Shown here piece after piece: positions 1-11,427 of a stretch of 64,000 bases of DNA. Made by a program: the position numbers and the translations under genes. This stretch comes from an uncultured Acidobacteriota bacterium (lineage in GTDB: Bacteria; Acidobacteriota; Thermoanaerobaculia; UBA5066; Gp7-AA6), in NCBI GenBank assembly GCA_963776755.1, contig CAVZNW010000001.1:483266-547265 (forward strand). The letters run 5' to 3'. A model generated the notes under the pieces. That model saw only the letters and a list, made by a program, of their open reading frames with translations. It made no database searches and was not told where the DNA came from. Position 1 is the stretch's first letter, and the number at the start of each line of letters is the position of its first letter.

Positions 1-327
1 GAGCACTTCGGCGTCGGCACGGATCTGGGCGACGAGCTCGCGGGTCGGAGCGACCACCAGGGCGCGCGGCCCCCGGGGCGGGTGCGCGGGCTTCTTCTGG
101 AGGAGCCGCGTGAAGATCGTGATCAGGAAGGCCGCGGTCTTGCCGGTGCCCGTCTGCGCCTGTCCGGCCACGTCCCGGCCGGCCAGCGTGATCGGGAGCG
201 TCTTCGCCTGGATCGGCGTGGCGAACACGAACCCGGCCTCGGCGATGCCCCAGCGGACCTCGTCCGGCAGGGGGTATCCCGCCAGGAGGGTCTGGGTCAG
301 GTGGTGTTCCGGGCCGCCCGAGGTCAT
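1..327 (-). CDS. DEAD-box RNA helicase (RhlB/RhlE-like), 5' part; runs off the window
   Basis: Manual translation gives the Q motif GFVFATPIQAKTLP, motif I AQTGTGKT and motif Ia APTREL. Confidence 0.9.
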   Translation of the reverse strand, partial: MTSGGPEHHLTQTLLAGYPLPDEVRWGIAEAGFVFATPIQAKTLPITLAGRDVAGQAQTGTGKTAAFLITIFTRLLQKKPAHPPRGPRALVVAPTRELVAQIRADAEVL

Positions 328-341
328 GAAGGGGAGGGATC

Positions 342-917
342 TTAGCGCAGGCGCCTGCCGAAGTCGCCGAGCAGGGGCAGGCCGGTCGCCTGCGCCAGCG
401 CCTCCCCGATGAGGCGCTTCTCCTTCGGTCCGGCGGCGGCGGCGATCGGATGAAGCCGCCCGCCCGCCCGGGCGCCCAGCCGCTTGACGGCCCAGGTCCA
501 CCAGGGAGGCAGCGGCCAGTAGGTCTCCCGCCAGCACTCGAGGTCCGCGCGGCGGATGCGCGTGACCCGCGTTCGCTCGAACGCCGTGGTCTTCACGGTC
601 ACGTGCTCGGCATCGACCTCGATCGACTCCTCGGCGAAAGCCAGCGCCGCCAGGCCCAGCAGCGACAGGGGCGCCGCGACGAGGAGGATCAGCGAGAGGA
701 CGATCAAGAGCGGAAGCGGCAGGTCGCCGAAGTCGAGCCGGCGCAGGCCCGCCTCCCAGGCCTGTCCGAGGCGGTAGCACCCGAGCAGGGCGGCCGCGCC
801 GACGGCGGAGCCGACGAGGGTCATCCGGATGCGCCAGGCCCGGCCGCGCGCAAGCGGCTGAATCGAAACGGAAAGTCCCGCCGCTCGGGGCGTGATCGAG
901 ACGCGGGGCTCGCTCAC
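342..917 (-). CDS. Hypothetical membrane protein (two TM segments plus a possible bacterial PH-like C-terminus)
   Basis: C-terminal part of ORF 342..1253; GTG start at 917 inferred; hydrophobic stretches followed by EESIEVDAEHVTVK. Confidence 0.55.
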   Translation of the reverse strand: MSEPRVSITPRAAGLSVSIQPLARGRAWRIRMTLVGSAVGAAALLGCYRLGQAWEAGLRRLDFGDLPLPLLIVLSLILLVAAPLSLLGLAALAFAEESIEVDAEHVTVKTTAFERTRVTRIRRADLECWRETYWPLPPWWTWAVKRLGARAGGRLHPIAAAAGPKEKRLIGEALAQATGLPLLGDFGRRLR

Positions 918-1005
918 GCGACGCGGCGGATCGGGGGCGTCTCGCCTGGACAACATCCCGAATTGTATGATCCGGCCTCCGGCGGAGCCGGCACAGGAGG
1001 CAGGA

Positions 1006-1443
1006 GTGGCGAAGAAGAAAAAGGGACCAAAGAGCGCGAAGAAAGGCAAGAAAGCCGCGAAGAAGGTCGTCCGCAAGAGCGCGCGGGCAGGCAGGAAACC
1101 TGCGTCCCGGAAGCCCGCGAAGAAGGCCGCCCGCAAGGCGGCGCCGAAGAAAGCCGCCAGGAAGGCCGCGCCGAAGAGCGTGGCGAAGGCTGCCGCCCCG
1201 AAGAAAGCCGCGGCGCCGAAAGCGCCGAAGCCCATTGCGGGTCGCAGCGGCATGTCCGCACTGCCGGCGGCGGCTCCGCTCGCAGCGGCCTCCGCTGGAG
1301 AGGTTTACGGCGAGGAAGGCTGGCGGGAAGAGGAGCTCTCGGCCGTCGAGCTCGACGCGGACGCCCCGGAGCTCGAGGAGCTCGAAGCCGAGCTCGGCGC
1401 CCCCGAACTCGGCGAGGAGCCGGAAGACGACGCGGAGTGGTGA
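1006..1443 (+). CDS. Histone H1-like Lys/Ala-rich protein with an acidic C-terminal tail
   Basis: GTG at 1006 after AGGAGG; KKAARKAAP repeats; Glu/Asp-rich end EELEAELGAPELGEEPEDDAEW. Confidence 0.75.
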   Translation: MAKKKKGPKSAKKGKKAAKKVVRKSARAGRKPASRKPAKKAARKAAPKKAARKAAPKSVAKAAAPKKAAAPKAPKPIAGRSGMSALPAAAPLAAASAGEVYGEEGWREEELSAVELDADAPELEELEAELGAPELGEEPEDDAEW

Positions 1444-1507
1444 ATTAGGAGTAGTATCGAAATCGAACCAGCGAGCATTGCCGGGCTTTTGCTCGGCTCG
1501 CACGGAA

Positions 1508-1540
1508 GAAGGCCCCGAAGTTTTTCGGGGCCTTCGTATT
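1508..1540. terminator. Probable intrinsic terminator between convergent genes
   Basis: 12-bp stem GAAGGCCCCGAA/TTCGGGGCCTTC with a 4-nt loop. Confidence 0.65.
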
Positions 1541-1549
1541 TCCGGCGGG

Positions 1550-1954
1550 TCAGCGCGTGATCGGCACCGGCCGGCGGTTCTTGTCGAGGTTGACGTACGT
1601 CACCTCCGCCTCCGTCACCCTGACCCGGTTCCCCAGGCCCTCGCCCGGCTGCGAGAAGACCTCGACCGAGATGGTGATCGACGTCCGGCCGATCTTGACG
1701 AGGCGCGTGTAGAAGGACACGAGGTCGCCGACGTAGACCGGCTCGTGGAACACGACCTCGCGCATGGCGACCGTGACCAGGAACTCGGCGCCCTGGCGCT
1801 TGGCCTCGACGGCGCCGGCCTGGTCGATGTACGACAGGATGACCCCGCCGAAGATGGTGCCGTGGGCGTTGGTGTCCTTGGGCATCATGATCACGCGGAT
1901 CGACGGCTCGCGGCTCTCCGCCGCGGCCGCGGCCGGCGGCACGGGGCCGGTCAT
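1550..1954 (-). CDS. Acyl-CoA thioesterase (HotDog fold, YciA-like)
   Basis: MMPKDTNAHGTIFGGVILSYIDQAG motif. Confidence 0.9.
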   Translation of the reverse strand: MTGPVPPAAAAAESREPSIRVIMMPKDTNAHGTIFGGVILSYIDQAGAVEAKRQGAEFLVTVAMREVVFHEPVYVGDLVSFYTRLVKIGRTSITISVEVFSQPGEGLGNRVRVTEAEVTYVNLDKNRRPVPITR

Positions 1955-2343
1955 TCGGGGCGGGCCGAGGTCGGGATCTTCGGCGGCCCGAACGTGGCCG
2001 ACACGCGCTGGACCAGGCCGTCGGTGATGTTGACCATGAGCGTGCCGTCCGAGAAATAGTAGGTCCAGATCTCGCGGCGCGAGTCCTTGCCCTCCGTCGC
2101 GACCGAGATCGAGGGCCTGCCGATCCGCTCGACGAGCGTCGAGGCGGCGACACCCGGGTCGACCTTCGGGCGAGCGTCGGCGAGCGTGCCCGGGACCATG
2201 CCCGCGCCGACGCCCGCGATCTTCTCGGCCTCCCGGTACTCGCGGTTCTCCCACCAGCGAGGCAGCCAGAGCGTGGCGGCGAGGAGCAGGGGAACGAAGG
2301 CGCCGGCGATGAGCACGGCGCGCCGGGGTCGGGTTTCGGCCAT
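1951..2343 (-). CDS. Hypothetical membrane-anchored protein (possible BamE/SmpA-like small domain)
   Basis: N-terminal TM segment; IGRP...EIWTYYF pattern; ATGA overlap with the thioesterase gene. Confidence 0.55.
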   Translation of the reverse strand: MAETRPRRAVLIAGAFVPLLLAATLWLPRWWENREYREAEKIAGVGAGMVPGTLADARPKVDPGVAASTLVERIGRPSISVATEGKDSRREIWTYYFSDGTLMVNITDGLVQRVSATFGPPKIPTSARPE

Positions 2344-2392
2344 GGCGAGATGATACGGCAGCCCGTCCGAGTCCTGTAGAATCCCGACCCTC

Positions 2393-3316
2393 ATGAAACA
2401 CAAAGTCACCGTCGTGGGAGCCGGCAACGTCGGGGCCACCGCCGCCCAGCGAATCGTCGAGAAGGCCCTGGCCGACGTCGCGTTGATCGACATCGTCGAA
2501 GGCATCCCGCAGGGCAAGGCGCTCGACATCATGGAGTCGGCCCCGGTCGAGAGGTTCGACGCCCGCATGACCGGATCCAACGCCTACGACGTGACGGCCG
2601 GGTCCGACGTCGTCGTGATCACGGCCGGCCTGCCGCGCAAGCCCGGCATGAGCCGCGACGACCTGGTGGCGACCAACGAGGGCATCGTGGCCGACGTCGT
2701 GCGCAAGGTCCTGCCGGGCTCGCCGAACGCCATCCTGATCGTGGTCTCCAATCCGCTCGACGCGATGTGCGAGGTCGCGCGGCGCGTGTCGAAGCTCCCG
2801 CGCGAGCGCGTGTTCGGCATGGCGGGCGTGCTCGATTCCGCGCGGATGCGCTGGTTCATCGCCGACGCGCTCAAGGTCTCGGTCGAGAACACGCATGCCT
2901 TCGTCCTCGGCGGCCACGGCGACACGATGGTTCCGCTGCCCCGGTTCTCGACGGTCGCGGGCATCCCGCTGCCGCAGCTTCTCTCCCAGGAGAAGATCGA
3001 CGCGATCGTCAAGCGCACGCGCGACGGCGGCGCGGAGATCGTCAACCTGCTGAAGACCTCGGCCTGGTATGCGCCGGCGTCGGCGGTCGTCGAGATGGTC
3101 GACGCCGTGCTCCACGACAAGAAGAAGATCCTCCCCTGCGCCGCGTACCTCCAGGGCGAGTACGGGATGCGGGACATCTATCTCGGCGTGCCGGTCAAGC
3201 TGGGGAGCGCGGGTGTCGAGCAGATCGTCGAGATCGCGCTGACGCCCGAGGAGACGGTGGCGCTCGAGAAATCGGCCGAGGCCGTGCGCGAGCTCTTCCG
3301 GATCCTCAAGGTCTAG
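2393..3316 (+). CDS. mdh: Malate dehydrogenase
   Basis: [22 protein letters not shown] and GGHGD motifs. Confidence 0.97.
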   Translation: MKHKVTVVGAGNVGATAAQRIVEKALADVALIDIVEGIPQGKALDIMESAPVERFDARMTGSNAYDVTAGSDVVVITAGLPRKPGMSRDDLVATNEGIVADVVRKVLPGSPNAILIVVSNPLDAMCEVARRVSKLPRERVFGMAGVLDSARMRWFIADALKVSVENTHAFVLGGHGDTMVPLPRFSTVAGIPLPQLLSQEKIDAIVKRTRDGGAEIVNLLKTSAWYAPASAVVEMVDAVLHDKKKILPCAAYLQGEYGMRDIYLGVPVKLGSAGVEQIVEIALTPEETVALEKSAEAVRELFRILKV

Positions 3317-3323
3317 GGCCGCG

Positions 3324-3942
3324 ATGGCGGAGGCGCCCGCGACGCTCGCGCGCCGCCTCCATTCGGTCTCGGGCGTCGTACCGGTTGGCGCATTCCTCGC
3401 CTTTCACCTCTACACCAACGCCGCCGCGCGGCGCGGGGCGGACGCCTACAACGCCACGGCCCGGCGGCTCCAGGAGATCCCGCTGCTCCTGGCGGTCGAG
3501 GTCCTCCTCGTCGCGGCGCCGCTCTTCTTCCACGGGATCTACGGGCTCTTTCTCCTCGCCAACGAGGCGCCGGCGGCCGGGCATCGCTCGGCCGGGCGGC
3601 GGGCCCTCGCGACCGTGCAGCGGGTCACGGGCGTCGTGCTCTTCGCCTTCGTGCTCCTCCACCTCTGGACGGCGCGCCTCGTCCAGGTCCGCGACCACCG
3701 GAGCCTCGATCTCTTCCGCCTGATGCAGGCGGTCCTCGCGAGCCCGTGGCTCAACGCGGCCTACGTGGCCGGGGTGCTCGCCGCGACGTTCCACCTTTCG
3801 GCGGGGCTCTGGACCTTCGCGGAGACCTGGGGCATCGCGACGACCCCGAGGGCGCGCCTGCTCGCAGCGGCGGCGTCGGCCGGGGTCTTCGCCGCGCCTT
3901 TCGGCGATGGGCCTCGCGTCCCTGAACGCCTTCCGCTTGTAG
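3324..3942 (+). CDS. sdhC: Succinate dehydrogenase cytochrome b subunit (Bacillus type); indel near the 3' end
   Basis: RRLHSVSGVVPVGAFLAFHL; heme His residues in FHGIYG, HLW and FHLSAG. Confidence 0.8.
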
Positions 3943-3977
3943 GCCGGGGATTCCCATATAATCCGCGCTCTTTCGCC

Positions 3978-5157
3978 ATGAAAGTCCACGAATATCAGGC
4001 CAAGTCGATCCTCGCGCACTACGGCGTCGCCGTGCCGCGCGGCGAAGTGACGGACAGTCCGGCCGAGGCGACGGAGATCGCCCGGCGAGCTCGGCGGCCG
4101 CGTCGTCGTCAAGGCGCAGATCCACGCCGGCGGCCGCGGCAAGGGCGGCGGCGTGAAGCTCGCGAAGGACCCGCGCGAGGCGCACGACCTCGCCAAGCGC
4201 GATCCTCGGCATGACGCTCGTCACGCACGCAGACGGGCCCGGCCGGGCCGCGTGGTGCAGAAGGTCCTCGTCGAGGAGGCCCTGGACATCGATCGCGAGC
4301 TCTACCTCGGCGTCACGCTCGACCGCGCGTCGGCACGTCCCCGTCGTCATGGCGTCGAAGGCGGGCGGCATGGAGATCGAGGAGGTCGCCGCGAAGGACC
4401 CTCGGCGATCGTTCGCGAGGCGGTCGACGCCGACGCTCGGCATGTTCGCCGTTCCAGGCGCGCAAGGTCGCCTTCGCTCTCGGCCTCACGGGCGACAGCT
4501 CAAGAAGGCGGTCGCCTTCCTGCAGGCGCTCTTCCGCGCCTACGTCGAGACCGACGCGATCGCTGGCCGAGATCAACCCGCTGCTCGTCACGAAGCAGGG
4601 CGACGTCCTGGCGCTCGACGCCAAGATGAACTTCGACGACAACGCGCTCTTCCGGCACCCGGACATCAAGGAGATGCGCGACCTGGCCGAGGAGGACCCG
4701 CTCGAGGTCGAGGCCTCGCAGCTTCGGCCTCAACTACATCAAGCTCGACGGCAACGTCGGCTGCATGGTCAACGGCGCCGGGCTCGCGATGGCCACGATG
4801 GACATCATCAAGCTCGCCGGCGGCGAGCCCGCCAACTTCCTCGACGTCGGCGGCGGCGCGAACGAGGAGCAGGTCAAGAACGCCTTCCGCATCATCCTCT
4901 CCGACAAGAACGTGAAGGCCGTCCTCATCAACATCTTCGGCGGCATCATGCGGTGCGACATCATCGCCAAGGGCGTCGTCGCCGCCGTCGCGCGAGATGG
5001 GCCTCACGGTCCCCGTCGTCGTGCGGCTCGAGGGCACGAACGTCGAGCGAGGGCAAGGCGATCCTGCGAGAGTCCGGCCTCGACGATCATCGCCCGCCGA
5101 CGGCCATGAAGGACGCGGCGCGAGAAGGTCGTCGCGGCGCTCGGAAAGGCGGCCTGA
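3978..5157 (+). CDS. sucC: Succinyl-CoA ligase beta subunit (several indels)
   Basis: [36 protein letters not shown] and [10 protein letters not shown] spread across frames. Confidence 0.93.
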
Positions 5158-5158
5158 C

Positions 5159-6055
<897 letters not shown>

Positions 6056-6059
<4 letters not shown>

Positions 6060-6478
6060 ACGGGCCCGCGCTCTTCTCGGAGACGCAGAATTTCTCGCCC
6101 TGGGTCTATGCCCTCGCGGCGTTCGTCCTCGTGCTCCTGTTCTCGGTCCTGGGGGCGCGCCAGACCACGACCGTGACCGCGCAATCCGTCGACGTCCGTT
6201 TCGGGATCTTCTACCGGACATCGGTCCCGCTGTCAGACCTGGCGCAGGCGGATGCCGTGGCCTATCGCCCGATCCGCGAGTACGGCGGCTGGGGCATCCG
6301 CGGCTTCGGAAAGCGGCGAGCCCTGAACATGCGCGGCAACCTCGGCGTCCTCCTGGTCCGAAAGGACGGCTCTACGCTCCTGATCGGCTCGCAGAAGCCG
6401 CGGGACCTCCTCGCCGCGATCGGCCAGGCGGGCGTGCCCACCCAGGATCGCCTTCCGCCGGTGATTCGAGAGTTCTGA
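6056..6478 (+). CDS. Hypothetical membrane protein
   Basis: One TM segment then a YGGWGIR motif; ATGA coupling to sucD. Confidence 0.65.
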
Positions 6479-6540
6479 CCGGAGCCCCGCCCGTCCGACG
6501 GGTGTCGGGCCCGGAACGCCCGGGAACGAAAAAAGGAGAG

Positions 6541-6960
6541 ATGCCCTTGGAACGCACGCTGACCATCCTCAAGCCCGACTCCGTCGCCGGCGGCAAGACC
6601 GGCGCGATCCTGGCCCACCTGGAGAAGGAGGGCTTTCGATTCGTCGCCCTGCGCCGGACGCGGCTGACCCCCGAACAGGCCCGGGCCTTCTATGCCGTCC
6701 ACCGCGAGCGGCCCTTCTACGACGCCCTCGTGCGCTTCATGACGGAGGGGCCGGTCGTCGTGGCCGCGCTCGAGCGCGCCGACGCGGTCGCGCACCTGCG
6801 CAAGACCATGGGCGCGACCGACTCGCGCAAGGCCGAGGCCGGCACCGTTCGGAACCTCTTCGGAACGGACATCGAGCGCAACGCCATCCACGGCAGCGAC
6901 TCGGCCGAGAACGCGGCGATCGAGATCGCGTTCTTCTTCGCCGGCTCCGACCTGATCTAG
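6541..6960 (+). CDS. ndk: Nucleoside diphosphate kinase
   Basis: [10 protein letters not shown] and NAIHGSDS; AAGGAG RBS. Confidence 0.97.
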   Translation: MPLERTLTILKPDSVAGGKTGAILAHLEKEGFRFVALRRTRLTPEQARAFYAVHRERPFYDALVRFMTEGPVVVAALERADAVAHLRKTMGATDSRKAEAGTVRNLFGTDIERNAIHGSDSAENAAIEIAFFFAGSDLI

Positions 6961-8060
6961 GGGGCGAGCGCCTCGAGGACGGCGGCGAGATCGCTCTCGT
7001 CGTTGTAGGCGTGGAAGCCGAGCCGCAGGGACCCGCCCCGCACGGCTGCGATGATCCGGCGATCTTCGAACCGCGCGCGCAGCGCCTCGGGATCCGGGAC
7101 GCGGATCGAAGCGGTCTGGGACGGAACTTCGGCGGGCGCAAGCGTAAACCCGCGTTCGGCCGCAGCCTCCCGGAACGCTTTCGCGAGACCGAGACACCTC
7201 GCCTCGACCGCCGCCGCATCGAGCGTCGCGAGGAGCTCCAGCGCGGCGCGGGCCCCGACCCAGGAGAACCAGGCGAGCGAGGCGTCGAGCCTCCGCGCGC
7301 CGGCGGCCAGCGCGAGCGGGCCGCCGTAGTAATCCTCGAACGGCGCGGCGACGCTCTTCCAGCTTGGCGCGATCGGCGAAAGCTCCGCGAGCCGTTCCGG
7401 CCGGACCCAGAGCCATGTCGTGCCCCGCGGCGCGAGCAGCCACTTGTAGCCGTGCGCCGCCACGTAGTCGGCGCCGCAGGCCTTCTCGTCGAACCGCAGC
7501 GCACCGAGCGACTGGGTGAGGTTGACGAAGAAGCGCGTGCCCGTCTCCCGGCAGCGCGCCCCGATCTCGTTCAGCCGGACCCGAAAGCCGCTGGAGGACT
7601 GGACCTCCGTGACGGCCGCGAGCACCGTGCCGGGCGTGATGGCCGCGCACAGGTGCTCGGTCGACACGACTCCCGCCTCGGCCTCGACCTCGACGACCTC
7701 GAACCCGCGTCGCGCCAGCGCGAGCCAGGGAAAGAGGTTGCTGCGGAACTCCCTCGAGCCGACGACGATCCGGCCGCGGGGCAGGCTCGCCGCGACGGTG
7801 GCCGCCGCCTCGGCCTCCGAGGCGAGGAGCGCGACGTCCTCGGGACGGCCGCCGACGAGCCGCGCGAAGAGGGGGCGCGTCGCTTCGGCCTGCGCCTCCC
7901 AGCCGAGCCAGTCGAAGCGGCCCGACGCCCACTCGGTCTCCGCCTGCCGCACCGCCTCGAGGACCGGGGCCGCCGCGGCCGCGGCGGTCGGCGTGTTCAG
8001 GTAGGTGACGCGTTCGAGCGCCGGAAAGAGGGAGCGCAGCTTCGGCCCGGGAGTGTCCAC
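6957..8060 (-). CDS. Aminotransferase class V (PLP-dependent, cysteine desulfurase-like)
   Basis: TYLN, EFRSN and [14 protein letters not shown]-lysine motif. Confidence 0.85.
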   Translation of the reverse strand: MDTPGPKLRSLFPALERVTYLNTPTAAAAAAPVLEAVRQAETEWASGRFDWLGWEAQAEATRPLFARLVGGRPEDVALLASEAEAAATVAASLPRGRIVVGSREFRSNLFPWLALARRGFEVVEVEAEAGVVSTEHLCAAITPGTVLAAVTEVQSSSGFRVRLNEIGARCRETGTRFFVNLTQSLGALRFDEKACGADYVAAHGYKWLLAPRGTTWLWVRPERLAELSPIAPSWKSVAAPFEDYYGGPLALAAGARRLDASLAWFSWVGARAALELLATLDAAAVEARCLGLAKAFREAAAERGFTLAPAEVPSQTASIRVPDPEALRARFEDRRIIAAVRGGSLRLGFHAYNDESDLAAVLEALAP

Positions 8061-8138
8061 GCGCCGGCAGTCTGACCAATCGCTCCGGAGAAGAAAAGAG
8101 CCACTTGCCGGCGAACTGGCCCTCCGGCGGCGCGGGAG

Positions 8139-8861
8139 TCAGTCGCCCCGTCGCCGCATCGACACGAGGACGCGGTTGGCGACGCCGCGCAGGATCGCGA
8201 CTTCCCGGCCCGTCAGCGGGCGAGCCGCGACGAGCCGCCTCCAGTCGCGCAGCGAGCGGCCCCGGTGCCCGGTGTCGTAGAAGTCGATCGCCTCGAGCGC
8301 GCGGTCCCAGTGCGCGATCGCCGCTTCGATCTCCGAGGCGGGCGCAAGATCGTCTCCCGGCTCGCGCGGCGCGGCGGCGTTCGAAAAGGCCGTCGCGACG
8401 GCGAGGACGACGGCCACGGCGTGCGAGAGGTTCATCGTCGGAAAGTCCGGATCGGTCGGCAGGCGCAGGCAGGCCGACGCTCGGGCGAGCTCGTCCTCGG
8501 TCAGGCCGCTCCGCTCCGGGCCGAAGACCAGCGCGAGGGGGCCGCCTCCCGTCTCCGACAGAAACCCGGGCAGCTCCGAGAGCTCCAGCGTCCGCGTCTT
8601 CGCGCGGCCCCGCAGCGAAGAGGTCGTGACGACCACGGGGTACTCGGCGACCGCGTCTTCGAGGGTCGCGAAGCGGACGATCGAGGCGAGCAAGTCGTCC
8701 GCGCCTGTTGCCAGCCGCCCGGAATCCTCGTCCGGCCAGACGGCCGGCTCGACCACGGAAAGGCGGCGAAGCCCGAAGTTCTTCGCGACCCGGGCGATCG
8801 AGCCGAGGTTCGAGGAGTTGTGCGGTCTCACGAGAACCACGGACCGCGGCGGCGTCGTCAA
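8139..8861 (-). CDS. TrmJ/LasT family RNA methyltransferase (SPOUT)
   Basis: NLGSIARVAKNFGL, LVFGPERSGL and MNLSHAV. Confidence 0.9.
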   Translation of the reverse strand: MTTPPRSVVLVRPHNSSNLGSIARVAKNFGLRRLSVVEPAVWPDEDSGRLATGADDLLASIVRFATLEDAVAEYPVVVTTSSLRGRAKTRTLELSELPGFLSETGGGPLALVFGPERSGLTEDELARASACLRLPTDPDFPTMNLSHAVAVVLAVATAFSNAAAPREPGDDLAPASEIEAAIAHWDRALEAIDFYDTGHRGRSLRDWRRLVAARPLTGREVAILRGVANRVLVSMRRRGD

Positions 8862-8926
8862 GGGAGGACAGTCTATACAGCGCGGCCGGGGAAGGTTCGG
8901 GCCCTGGCCGGCCTTATAATTGCTAG

Positions 8927-9869
8927 GTGAAGCGGCTTTTTCTGGCCGCCCTGCTTCTTGCAGCGGCGGTCCCGGTCCGGTCCCAGGCTCCCGCGCCGGA
9001 GTCCGAGGCTCCTTCCTTCACGGAGAGCGCGGGCGCCGAGTACGTGATGCTGCCGGTCCTCGTGACGGACAAGCAGGGCAAGTTCGTCGAGGGGCTCGCC
9101 AAGGGCGACTTCGTGATCCGGGTGGGGGATGCGACGGTCCCGTTCGACACGTTCGAGCGGGACCAGAGCGCCCCGGTCTCCTTCGCGTTCCTGCTCGACA
9201 CCTCGGGCAGCATGGGCATCTCGAACAAGCTCGAAAACGCCAAGAACGCCATCCGGAGCATTCTCCGCAACCGCCTTCCGGGAGACGACTTCGCGCTGTT
9301 CGCCTTCTCGGAGGGGCAGGTGCGTCTGGTGACCGACTCCTCGGCCGATCCGACGAAGCTCATCCGGGCCCTGTGGGACCTCGAGGCGTCGGGCCAGACC
9401 GCCCTCTTCGACGCCGTCGCGGCGACCCCCGAAATGATGAAGGGGCGCAACAACAAGCGCGCCATCCTTCTCTTCACCGACGGCGTCGACAATGCCAGCC
9501 AGCTCGACCGCCACCAAGATGGCCGAGCTGCTCCAGCGCGTGTCCGTTCCGGTCTATCCGATCGGTATGAAGACCGCGGCATTCGAGCTGACGAGCGACG
9601 AGCAGCGCAAGGACCTCTCCGTCGAGACCCTCCAGCTGCTGGCCGGCTCCAGTGGCGGGAAGATGCACCTGGTGGGGGGGGACGAGGACCTCCGGCCCCT
9701 GGCGGCCAGGATCTCCGAAGAGGTCCGGCAGCAGTATTTGCTGGGGTTTGCACCGTCGGGCCGAGGGGATATAAAATACCGGATTGTCTTTGTGTCCGTG
9801 GCCAAACCCGGTTCCTGGGTCGTCCGGACGCGTCGGGGTTACCGGGGAACGGCCCCCGGCGGATCGTAA
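8927..9869 (+). CDS. Secreted VWA-domain protein (Acidobacteria type); one indel near 9510
   Basis: Signal peptide; DTSGSM MIDAS motif, TALFDAV, FTDGVDN, QYLLGF. Confidence 0.85.
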
Positions 9870-9891
9870 ACGTTTTTTGCAGGAGGTGCAG

Positions 9892-10521
9892 ATGCTCAAG
9901 GGACGGTGGATTTCTTCCATGCTCACGGGGGGAGCGCTTCTTCTGGGGATTTCAGGGCTCACGGCGTGCGCGTCGAAGACGTACGTTGGAGAGGAAGTCG
10001 CCAAAAGCAGCGCCGCGACCGACAAGCGGATCAACGAGGTGGAGTCCCAGGTCGAGGCGACGCAGACCAAGGTCAAGCAGCACGACGTCAAGCTGACCGA
10101 GCTCGACAGCGCGACGCGTCAGGCGCTCGAGCGGGCGCAGCAGGCGGGCAAGCTCGCGGAGGGCAAGTTCGTCTACTCGCTGGTCCTCTCGGATGACGCG
10201 GCGAAGTTCCCGGTCAACCAGCACGAGCTGTCCACGGAGGCGCAGGAGCAGTTGAACGCCTTCGCCGAAAGGCTCAAGGGCGAGAACAAGAACGTGTACC
10301 TGGAGATCCAGGGCCACACCGACGCCACGGGGTCGGATATCTACAACCTCAAGCTCGGCGAGGCGCGGGCCGAGGCGGTGCGCCGGTACCTCAACAAGCA
10401 GGGCGTCGCTCTCAACCGGATGTCCACGATCTCCTACGGCAAGAGCGAGCCGGTCGAGTCGAACAAGACCAAGGAAGGCCGGGCGAAGAACCGGCGGGTG
10501 GTCGTCATCGTTCTCGCGTAG
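9892..10521 (+). CDS. OmpA-family peptidoglycan-binding lipoprotein
   Basis: LTAC lipobox; GHTDATG, RAEAVRRYL and NRRV; AGGAGG RBS. Confidence 0.9.
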   Translation: MLKGRWISSMLTGGALLLGISGLTACASKTYVGEEVAKSSAATDKRINEVESQVEATQTKVKQHDVKLTELDSATRQALERAQQAGKLAEGKFVYSLVLSDDAAKFPVNQHELSTEAQEQLNAFAERLKGENKNVYLEIQGHTDATGSDIYNLKLGEARAEAVRRYLNKQGVALNRMSTISYGKSEPVESNKTKEGRAKNRRVVVIVLA

Positions 10522-11427
10522 CTCTTTTTTTCCCGGATTCTTCTGCGGCCCGGCACTGCCGGGCCGCTTCTTTTCCGCCCGAAGCTCGGCGAGCGTCTCC
10601 TCGAAGTCCGGGGGGAGCGGCGCCTCGGCCATGACGGGCCGGCCCGTGACCGGATGCGGGAACCCGAGCCGCCGCGCGTGGAGCATCTGCCGGGTCGCCG
10701 GGCTGGCGTCGCCCTCGCGCGGGCCGTACACGCGGTCGCCGAGCACCGGGTGGCCCGCCGCCGAGAAGTGCACGCGGATCTGGTGCGTGCGGCCGGTCTC
10801 CAGGCGCACCGAGACGAGGCTCGCGCGCGCCAGCCGCTCGAGGGTGCGGAACCGCGTGACCGCCCGGCGCCCGGGCTCGCCGGGGCGCGCCACGCTCCTC
10901 CGGAGGCCCGCCGTGCGCACGAGGTCGGCCTCGTAGGCTCCGGAGTCCGGCGTCGACCCGGCGACCAGGGCCACGTACTCCCGCTCGATGGAGTGCTCCC
11001 GGAAACGGTCCTGGAGAAAGTGCAGCGCGGCGCGGTTGCGCGCGAAGACGACCGCGCCCGAGGTGTCCTTGTCGATCCGGTGGACGATGCCCGCGTAGGG
11101 CCGTCCGCCGTAGCGGTGCTGCAGATAGAAGAGGGCCCGGCTCCAGAGGGTGTCCTTCTCGCGCGCCTCGGTCGGCACCGTCAGGAGGCCCGCCTCCTTG
11201 TCGACGATCAGCACGTCGCCGTCCTCGTGGAGCACCGACAGCCGCGCGCGAACGCGGCGGCGCGCGGGCCGGCTGGCGTGAAACTCGAGGCGCGCGTCGG
11301 GGCCCACCTCGGCCCCCGGCTCGTCGAGGGTCGCTCCGTCGGCGTCGATCCTCCCGGCGCGCACGGCCTCCCGCGCCGCGCGGCGCGAGAGCCCGAAGGC
11401 GCGGGCCGCGGCGAGGTCGAGCCTCAC
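10505..11427 (-). CDS. RluA/RluD family pseudouridine synthase; 3' end uncertain
   Basis: S4-like start VRLDLAAARAFGLSRR; HRIDKDTSG, TGRTHQIRVH and MLHA. Confidence 0.9.
10545..10574 (+). terminator. Intrinsic terminator after the OmpA-family gene
   Basis: GCGGCCCGGC-ACT-GCCGGGCCGC followed by TTCTTTT. Confidence 0.7.

Noticed and set aside
9952-10580. Pseudouridine synthase ORF reading through antisense to the whole OmpA-family gene
   Set aside because: A one-base change in the T7 run at 10525-10531 gives a stop at 10505; probably a homopolymer error.
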